Below are positions 23,095 through 29,908 of a stretch of 32,000 bases of DNA, in pieces. The stretch comes from Candidatus Saccharimonadota bacterium. Lineage in GTDB: Bacteria; Patescibacteriota; Saccharimonadia; Saccharimonadales; UBA4665. Below the pieces are notes generated by a model. That model worked only from the letters and a program-made list of their open reading frames with translations, did not search any database and was not told where the DNA came from. The translations under genes and the position numbers were made by a program. The stretch is from assembly GCA_016699955.1 (NCBI GenBank), contig CP064993.1, positions 480,001 to 512,000 of the forward strand, read 5' to 3'. How positions within the stretch are numbered: the stretch's first letter is position 1; every line of letters starts with the position of its first letter.

Positions 23095-24491
23095 ATGTCC
23101 TTGCTGATGGCCAGATCCTTGAGTACAACAGTACGACTGCGAAATGGGTTAATGCCGCAAATACCAGCGACCCAGTACTTGGTGGTGATCTGACTGGCAC
23201 TGCCAGCAATGCTCAGATAGCTGCCAATGCCGTCGGCACTACTCAAATCGCTGACGGAGCAGTAACCGAACCAAAACTAGGCGCCAGCAACGCGCCGAGT
23301 ACCAACCAAGTACTGAGCTGGGATGGCTCTAATATTACCTGGGTGACACAAAGCACGGGGGTAGATGACGGAACAAGGTTGCTTGATTCATTTGCTGGTG
23401 CGACCGACGACGACAAACTGACTGCTGCTATTGCCTGGCAGCAGGGACATTCTCGCATGCCTGCGATTCGCTTAGGTTCGCGTATTCATACGTTTAACCA
23501 AACGAGGCAGCTGTATAGTGGCCTCAAGATTATTGGTACACCGGCAGGTCCTCGCAACCTCGAGCAAAGTGGCGGTGTGTTTGTACCGACCAGGATCAAC
23601 CTCGGAGCAGCCATATCGTCTGGTGCGAGTTCATGGTGGGTCACACCTGGAGGAAACTTGTTCGATATATATATGGCTGATTTTGCGGTTTCCGGTAATG
23701 CGGGATCATCCGTACACCAATTTATCGATGTCACTACGGGTTCCCTATATGCCTGCCAGTTCCATGCACTGAGTTTCAACTTTATGCGGAGCGTTTTTGG
23801 ACGCAAGGATCGCAAATGCTTGGTGACGCAAGTTATATTTTCTGGCCACTGGACGGCAAATAACCTGTGGGACACACAGTTCATGCTCGGTGGTGCTGAC
23901 TGTAATCTCTGGATGGATGGTTTCTTAAACATTGGCCCGAGTTCGAGCCCTGCACAAACCGGTACCTATGCAGACAATGACTACGAACTCATTTTTGACA
24001 GCCTGAGCAAGACCAACGTAGGTTATATCTTTATGTCAGCTCTCAACGGCTGGCGTGGCCTCAAGGTTTCCGGCAGTGCCGGTCACGGACTTCGTTTTTT
24101 CGGCGGAACCTACGAAGGCTATAAAAGTAGCAACGACAACCTCGCCGCACCAGGTACGGTTATTCGACTAGAGGGAGGCAAAGGAGCATTCTTCAGCCCA
24201 AGCCTCGGCCAGGGCATGCAAAGTCCAGATGCTGCCGAGCTAGGCCTCGTACACATAACTGGTGGGGAGTGGGCGTTTTACTCACCGACTTTTTATCGCA
24301 CACCAGCTGCCGATACTGTGCCGATGATCTATGTTTCTGGAGGCCGTGTATTGGTAGAAGGTGCTACACGCAACGACGACCAAGAAGCTTGGACAACACG
24401 TCCGAAGTATCTTCTCGGAGGGGGAGTGGCGACTGGTCCGAACAGTGGTGAAAATGTTTTCTACTGCCCAGATATGTCGATGGTTCCATAA
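23040..24491 (+). CDS. short fibre-module protein with tailspike/depolymerase-like beta-helix C-terminal domain
   Basis: The N-terminus is MPFTGTGTGIQNANDVFF, followed by GGDLTGTASNAQIAANAV and VTEPKLGASNAPSTNQVLSWDGSNITW. The C-terminal domain begins AGATDDDKLTAAIAWQQ and includes SSWWVTPGGNLFDIYMADFAV, SGHWTANNLWDTQF and APGTVIRLEGG. It is paralogous to 21790-22884. Confidence 0.8.
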   Translation: MPFTGTGTGIQNANDVFFNVLADGQILEYNSTTAKWVNAANTSDPVLGGDLTGTASNAQIAANAVGTTQIADGAVTEPKLGASNAPSTNQVLSWDGSNITWVTQSTGVDDGTRLLDSFAGATDDDKLTAAIAWQQGHSRMPAIRLGSRIHTFNQTRQLYSGLKIIGTPAGPRNLEQSGGVFVPTRINLGAAISSGASSWWVTPGGNLFDIYMADFAVSGNAGSSVHQFIDVTTGSLYACQFHALSFNFMRSVFGRKDRKCLVTQVIFSGHWTANNLWDTQFMLGGADCNLWMDGFLNIGPSSSPAQTGTYADNDYELIFDSLSKTNVGYIFMSALNGWRGLKVSGSAGHGLRFFGGTYEGYKSSNDNLAAPGTVIRLEGGKGAFFSPSLGQGMQSPDAAELGLVHITGGEWAFYSPTFYRTPAADTVPMIYVSGGRVLVEGATRNDDQEAWTTRPKYLLGGGVATGPNSGENVFYCPDMSMVP

Positions 24492-24517
24492 TTCTAGTTT
24501 ATAGCCAACCAAAAAAT

Positions 24518-24880
24518 CTAACGAGTTGACTCAATCAGTGATTGTATGTCATTTCTTTGTCTAGTAAAACCGGCATAAACCACTGTTGTATCGTCGGTCG
24601 ATGCAAGCAGTTGCTCGGCTTGTTGGACGTTCAGCACGCGTGCAGTGACTTTGATATGAAGCACGGCATCGATCATACGCTCAACACCTTGCTCAAGGCT
24701 CTGCGTATCGGGATTTGGTGAGATAAATGTGACATCTCCGGTCGGTTCATAGACATGTTCATCGTGGAGTGAAAAAGTATGAAAAGTATAGGCGATTCGC
24801 TCAACAGGAACCACCAACCCAGAATCATTCTTAATACCATCGAGTAAAACTAAGTAACGATACCATGTGCTTTCATCCAT
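24518..24880 (-). CDS. hypothetical protein (120 aa)
   Basis: It is the only long ORF here. It converges on the end of the fibre cluster and is divergent from the phosphoesterase gene. I recognise no motif. Confidence 0.45.
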   Translation of the reverse strand: MDESTWYRYLVLLDGIKNDSGLVVPVERIAYTFHTFSLHDEHVYEPTGDVTFISPNPDTQSLEQGVERMIDAVLHIKVTARVLNVQQAEQLLASTDDTTVVYAGFTRQRNDIQSLIESTR

Positions 24881-24940
24881 GTTTTCACTATAACACCTAA
24901 TACAAACATATGCGCTATAATGTATCTAAAGGGGAAAAGT

Positions 24941-25876
24941 GTGTTAAAACGACGAGCACAACAAGCCGCAGCTGGAGCGTTACTTACGACTGAAACTCAG
25001 TTTACGTTTATTTCGATTCCTGACACTCAGCAAGACAACAGCAGCGCTGTACGTACCGCCGTGTTTGCCGAGCGTATGACCTGGATACGAGATAACCGTG
25101 AGGCACTCAATATTAAGTTCATGGTACAAGTCGGCGACCTTGTCGACTGGGACGACGAAACTCATAGCCATTATGTGCGAGCCGATACCGGTCTCGATAT
25201 TCTGGACGCTGTAAATTTTCCCTACGCACTTTGTATCGGCAACCACGATACAGCCGCCGTGCAATATGGCGGTAGTGCCGCACCTGGTGACGTTAACGCG
25301 AACCTTCGCAATACGAGTACGTTTAACAGCTATTTTCCCGTCTCACGCTTTCCGAATATTGCCGGTGTGTATGAAACTGGAAAAGTTGACAATGCCTACC
25401 GCACGTTTCAAGCAGCTGGGCTCAACTGGCTGGTCATGAATGTTGAGTTTTGTCCACGCGCGGGGGTGTACCCTTGGGCAAATGGTGTCATACAGGCTCA
25501 TCCTAATCACAATGTCATCATCCTGACACACATGTATCTCGAAGGTAACGGTGCAGTCAGTGGTAGTAACGCCGGTTACGGCGATACGAGCCCACAAACC
25601 ATGTACGATACAATCATCAAGAATAACCCAAATGTTAAATTCACGTTTTCTGGTCATTTGCCTGTATGGTCAAGCTCTGTTTCTACGAGCGCTACGACTG
25701 GCCACAAAACATACAACCTCATGGATTGTTGGCATGACTATTCTAGTAATCCGACGCGTGTCTGTACGTTTGATATTCCCGCTGGCACAGTATCGACCCA
25801 GGTGTACGATCCCAAAACAGACAGCTGGCGAGCCAGTACCATCCTTAATTTTACTGGTATAACCTGGGTTACGTAG
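24941..25876 (+). CDS. calcineurin-like metallophosphoesterase
   Basis: Metallophosphoesterase motifs are present in canonical order: FISIPDTQ (D-x-Q/H), VQVGDLVD (GD-x-x-D), GNHD, and ILTHMYL and GHLP (H motifs). GTG 24941 is preferred (AAAGGGG Shine-Dalgarno at 24928-24934, TATAAT at 24916-24921). The ORF-track ATG 24920 overlaps the -10 box. Confidence 0.7.
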   Translation: MLKRRAQQAAAGALLTTETQFTFISIPDTQQDNSSAVRTAVFAERMTWIRDNREALNIKFMVQVGDLVDWDDETHSHYVRADTGLDILDAVNFPYALCIGNHDTAAVQYGGSAAPGDVNANLRNTSTFNSYFPVSRFPNIAGVYETGKVDNAYRTFQAAGLNWLVMNVEFCPRAGVYPWANGVIQAHPNHNVIILTHMYLEGNGAVSGSNAGYGDTSPQTMYDTIIKNNPNVKFTFSGHLPVWSSSVSTSATTGHKTYNLMDCWHDYSSNPTRVCTFDIPAGTVSTQVYDPKTDSWRASTILNFTGITWVT

Positions 25877-25943
25877 TTGTCTTTTCGAGCTTGCTACTAC
25901 CTGACAAACTGACCGTTTTCACTTTATCGAAACGTTCGCAACA

Positions 25944-27017
25944 CGTATAGAACTCAAGACCTTTGCAACATTGCAGCAGGCACCTGCATCTGTATGCCTA
26001 AGTGTACTCGCTTCGTGTTGTAGTAGTCGAGATACGCAGTAAGCTTATCTCGCTGGCTTTGGAGCGGTACGCTCCTGCGCCAGTAGTATCCAATACATTC
26101 TGTCTGGATAGTTCGGTTGTATCGCTCTATGTGAGCATTGTCATTGGGTCGGTGCAATCGGGAGTGTCTAGTGGTAATACCTCGTGAGCGAAGCACTTGC
26201 TCAAAGTAGCGTCCGTACTCTGGACCATTGTCTGCCTGCACCATGGAAATAGTAAAGCCCCATTGGTCTTGTGCTTCCAGGACCGCCCGTGCAGCAAGCC
26301 CTGGGCTGAGCCGGGTTGCTAGAATGACGTACGTCATTCTAGTGAATAGGTCAATGACCGTGTAGTAATACAGACGCTTACCGCTGTGTGGATCGACATG
26401 GTGGATAGTATCTGTCTGTACGAGCTCACCAGGCCCTGTGGCTTGTGGACGTCTCGGGTTATCTGGTCGTACTCGCTTCTTCCTGGCTCCATCAAAGCAG
26501 TAGTGTCGCCGTAATATACGGCGCACACTGCTAAGGCTAACAATGGCTGTGCCGTAGGCATCGCCAACTCGTGTCAGGTGGTACCACACCACCTCAGCAC
26601 AACGTTTGAGTCTATGTCGTAATTCAAGTATCCGAGTCATGAGTTGCTCGCCTATTGCCTGAGGGCTTGTATGGGGCCGAGATGTGTACGTAGGGATGAG
26701 CCATGTACATCGCAGTAGGTGGTTTGCTTTGCTGTACACACGGGCTGGGCGGTTGGGATTGTCGAACTGAACATGCTCATTGAGCTTGTCCCACTTCTGC
26801 TTCCATCTCCAGATGGTGGTACGGTGTACACCGCAACGGTTGGCAACAATCTGCAAGGGTATTCCCTCACACACAAGCAACCGCATTGCCAAAGCTCTCG
26901 CTTTAGGTAGGTTAGGGTTGATAGAATAGGCCATGGTAGGCTCCTTCCTGTTAGATGTAATGCTCTTACAGTTTAGGATGCCTACCTTTTAGGTTGCAAA
27001 GGTGGTGAGTTAGTACG
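25944..27017 (-). mobile_element. IS481-like (IS3/IS481 superfamily) insertion sequence, about 1074 bp, with imperfect terminal inverted repeats and candidate 6-bp target-site duplication
   Basis: The left end CGTATAGAACTCAAGACCTTTGCAAC (25944-25969) matches the reverse complement of the right end (26993-27017), CGTACTAACTCACCACCTTTGCAAC. The inner 11 nt are perfect, and 19 nt match with 2 mismatches. GCAACA directly flanks both ends (25938-25943 and 27018-27023). Confidence 0.65.
25954..26934 (-). CDS. DDE (rve/integrase-core) transposase, single-ORF IS481-like
   Basis: The N-terminal HTH is IVANRCGVHRTTIWRWKQKW. The DDE core reads VQTDTIHHV ... VQADNGPEY ... NDNAHIERYNRTIQTE. The stop codon lies within the left IR, as is common in IS481-type elements. 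Confidence 0.85.
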   Translation of the reverse strand: MAYSINPNLPKARALAMRLLVCEGIPLQIVANRCGVHRTTIWRWKQKWDKLNEHVQFDNPNRPARVYSKANHLLRCTWLIPTYTSRPHTSPQAIGEQLMTRILELRHRLKRCAEVVWYHLTRVGDAYGTAIVSLSSVRRILRRHYCFDGARKKRVRPDNPRRPQATGPGELVQTDTIHHVDPHSGKRLYYYTVIDLFTRMTYVILATRLSPGLAARAVLEAQDQWGFTISMVQADNGPEYGRYFEQVLRSRGITTRHSRLHRPNDNAHIERYNRTIQTECIGYYWRRSVPLQSQRDKLTAYLDYYNTKRVHLGIQMQVPAAMLQRS

Positions 27018-27099
27018 GCAACATTTACTATTCAAAGAAATGAGTGTATAAGTATGTATATTAGTGCAGGGTAATAAGTGCGTGGGAAGGGAGTAGACA

Positions 27100-29694
27100 A
27101 TGAAAATATTCAACAGAGGTGGTTATAGGCTATCGTTGCTAACTGTGCTTGTGTCACTTTTGTGTGCCACGTCTATCGCTGCAAGTGCCTCGGCAGAAGT
27201 AAATCCTACCCTAAGTGCCCCAGGTACCGTCTCGTCCATGCCGCTTCCAACTGTAAAAATTAACGATGGTATTGTCTGGGATGTAGTCACAAAAGGGAAC
27301 AAAGTCTACGCAACCGGCTGCTTTAATAGTGTGACAGACTTAGACGGCAGTGTTCATAGCCGTAAAAATATCTTAGCTTTTGACATAACAACGGGCTATC
27401 TCGACCGCAATTTTGTCCATAGTCTCAGTGGCGCGAGCGCTACAACTAGTTGTGTGAGGAGCGCCAACCCGAACGAAGGACGCGTATTAGCGCTATCGCC
27501 CGATGGCAATAAGCTCTTCGTAGGCGGTACGTTTACGACTGTCGATGGGGTGACAAAAGAACGATTCGCGGGCTTCGATATATCTCCGACAAGTCCTAAC
27601 GGCGCGTTGCTGGCTGGCTACGGCGGCGTAACAAACGTAGTTCGTGCCATAGCAGCATCAAACAGCACAGTGTACATAGGGGGTAGTTTTGGTAAGGCTG
27701 GCGGAGTATGGCGAGACAAATTAGCGGCGTTCTCGACCACCAATGGTGTTGTGAACAACTGGTCGCCTACTGCCAACGCTCAGGTCCTCTCCATGGTGAT
27801 GGCACCAGGCAATACTAAAGTGATATTTGGCGGCAGCTTTTCGACAGTAAATAATCTACCGTATCACTCGATTGCAGCAGTCGACGCCGTAACTGGAGTA
27901 CCACAACCAAACTGGGCAAGTACTCAGTGGTCAAGCACAGGCTGGCCGACTACCGACCTAAGCCGTTTCCCGATCAATAATGAAGACCCAGTTGCTTCAG
28001 AGGCCGCCATCGGTAGTCTGACAACGGACGGGACAAACATATATCTAACAGGTTATAATTTCAGACTATTTGGCCGTCCTGGAGCGATCGAAGGCCGCGC
28101 TGCTATTAGCCCTGTCGACGGGAAGCTAGTATGGCTCAACGATTGTCATGGCGATAGCTATGATACATATCCTATGAATGGTGTTCTCTACAGTGTTGGT
28201 CATGCGCATGAATGTATCGACGCCGGTTCGTTTGCAGATGGTCCACTACGACATGCAGTTGCCGAGAGAGTTACTCGCGGCTTTGATGTAAATGGCAACC
28301 TAGCGGTCAACACTACTCACCCGGGCAACCGATACTGGAGTTTCGCAAATCAACCTCGTTCCTCTGTACTCAGTTGGTATCCAAACTTTAGCAATGCGAT
28401 ATGCGGTACGAGTTATTCTGGTGCTTGTCAAAATGGCTGGAGCGTAACAGGCAACGGTTCATATCTTGCGATCGGTGGCGAATTTACGCATGTAAGAGGA
28501 GCTTCGCATGTCGGTTTAGTACGTTTTGGCCCCAATACGACAGTATCGACAAAGTACACCCCTGTTACAGGTGCGCGGCTGTTAGATACTCGTCAGTCTA
28601 GCCCGATGGCTGCCAATTCTTTTCTAGACATACAGGTAGCCGGAAGGGCTGGCGTGCCGACGAGTGGCGTAGAAATGGTCGAGTTAAATATCGCCGTTGC
28701 GTCTGCAACTCAGTCAACGTATGTATCAGTTGGGCCATCTGACCCGAGCAGAACCCCTCCATCGACGGCACTTTTGAGCGCGGTTCCAGGTGTTATCGTC
28801 GATAATGGAGCCAGCGTTCGCTTGTCATCGACTGGCGCCATGCAGTTGTATAATGCGTTTGGCAATACAAATGTAGTAGTAGATATCGTAGGGTACTATT
28901 CCAGTAACGGCTCGTACGTCATGAGCTCAACTGGTCGGACACGTATATACGATTCCCGTTATGACCCAGCCAATAATTATGCACCAATTGCACCTGGTGG
29001 CGCTCGTACGTTAGCCGCGAGTGGAGTATGTGACAGTAGACTCAGAGCTATGAAATACAATGTCACTGTCATACCAGTAAGTGGTTCAGGTTACATCACG
29101 ACTACGCCAGTTGGAGTGCAAAAATACCCAATCTCACAGTTCAGCTATAACAACGGAGAGATGACGGCGCATAGTCTGGTCGCAACCATGGGGGGAGGAG
29201 CCTGTCCGTCAACAGTATTCTATAATCATGGTTCCAGCGCACATATTGTGGTTGACGAGATAACAGCATATGTCGACCCAACAATTACGCAGCCACAACC
29301 GACGACTCAATTGAGAAGTAAAATAGTCACCATCACCCCTAGCCGTATCGCCGATACGCGTAATAGTGCGGATTCGATTTTTGGCAAATTAGCGTCTGAT
29401 CAAGACAAAAATGTTCAAGTAACTGGCCGCTTCGGTATTCCGCGTAATGCTTCCAAAGCTATGGTAATTGTGACCGGTCTGAATGCGCCAGGCGGGTATA
29501 TGTTCGCATATCCTAAAGATTTTCGCACAGCTATGCGCGCCGGAGCCTCATTGATCTTATCTCCGAGCCGCCCAGTGTCAAATTCACTTGTTGTACCTAT
29601 AGACCAGTCAACAGGTACGATCACAGTCGGATTCTCAGGTTCTGGTAGTGCTGACGCGGTAGTAGACATTGTCGGCTATATAGTAGAAAACTAG
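27100..29694 (+). CDS. large secreted protein: beta-propeller-like N-terminal region + three tandem ~120-aa C-terminal domains
   Basis: The signal peptide is MKIFNRGGYRLSLLTVLVSLLCATSIAASASA. Propeller-blade-like motifs recur (KVYATGCFNSV..., KLFVGGTFTTVDG..RFAGFD, TVYIGGSFGKAGG..RDKLAAFS..G..NNWSP, KVIFGGSFSTVN). Three repeats (about 28555-28900, 28912-29277, 29324-29691) each start with an R-(L/I)-x-D-(T/S)-R motif and end in VVDIVGY or VVDEITAY. A GGGAAGGGAG Shine-Dalgarno is present. Confidence 0.8.
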   Translation: MKIFNRGGYRLSLLTVLVSLLCATSIAASASAEVNPTLSAPGTVSSMPLPTVKINDGIVWDVVTKGNKVYATGCFNSVTDLDGSVHSRKNILAFDITTGYLDRNFVHSLSGASATTSCVRSANPNEGRVLALSPDGNKLFVGGTFTTVDGVTKERFAGFDISPTSPNGALLAGYGGVTNVVRAIAASNSTVYIGGSFGKAGGVWRDKLAAFSTTNGVVNNWSPTANAQVLSMVMAPGNTKVIFGGSFSTVNNLPYHSIAAVDAVTGVPQPNWASTQWSSTGWPTTDLSRFPINNEDPVASEAAIGSLTTDGTNIYLTGYNFRLFGRPGAIEGRAAISPVDGKLVWLNDCHGDSYDTYPMNGVLYSVGHAHECIDAGSFADGPLRHAVAERVTRGFDVNGNLAVNTTHPGNRYWSFANQPRSSVLSWYPNFSNAICGTSYSGACQNGWSVTGNGSYLAIGGEFTHVRGASHVGLVRFGPNTTVSTKYTPVTGARLLDTRQSSPMAANSFLDIQVAGRAGVPTSGVEMVELNIAVASATQSTYVSVGPSDPSRTPPSTALLSAVPGVIVDNGASVRLSSTGAMQLYNAFGNTNVVVDIVGYYSSNGSYVMSSTGRTRIYDSRYDPANNYAPIAPGGARTLAASGVCDSRLRAMKYNVTVIPVSGSGYITTTPVGVQKYPISQFSYNNGEMTAHSLVATMGGGACPSTVFYNHGSSAHIVVDEITAYVDPTITQPQPTTQLRSKIVTITPSRIADTRNSADSIFGKLASDQDKNVQVTGRFGIPRNASKAMVIVTGLNAPGGYMFAYPKDFRTAMRAGASLILSPSRPVSNSLVVPIDQSTGTITVGFSGSGSADAVVDIVGYIVEN

Positions 29695-29882
29695 TTCATA
29701 CCTTCTCAGCTGATCAGTCGGACTTCATACTTTGCGAGTCGTTCATGCTACCCTGCGGGTTAGTTACGTCGAGTTGCTGTAAGCAGTACTGTTGGCGCTT
29801 TCCGGGGTTAAGTGAGCGAGAGCGGAGCCTTCAGGAGTGGGGTGCTTAAGACAATTGGGTTAACTCCATTTGTCTCAAGCGG

Positions 29883-29905
29883 GGCGGGCGAGCCCGCCAC
29901 TTTTT
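29883..29905 (+). terminator. rho-independent terminator candidate (GGCGGG-CGAG-CCCGCC + T5)
   Basis: A 6-bp GC stem (29883-29888 / 29893-29898) with a tetraloop is followed by ACTTTTT. It sits in the convergent gap between 27100-29694 (+) and 29909-31828 (-). Confidence 0.55.
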
Positions 29906-29908
29906 GAA

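Noticed and set aside
10974-24491. Complete prophage
   Set aside because: Only fibre, tailspike or esterase-type genes are present. No capsid, portal, terminase, tape-measure, baseplate, lysis or integrase genes and no att-like repeats are visible. A prophage extending beyond the window cannot be excluded.
29695-29882. Possible non-coding RNA in the 214-bp convergent gap (inverted repeat CTTAAGACAA...TTGTCTCAAG)
   Set aside because: It has one mismatch in a 10-bp stem and I could recognise no conserved RNA-family motif such as tRNA or tmRNA. Only the GC-rich terminator hairpin at 29883-29905 is reported.
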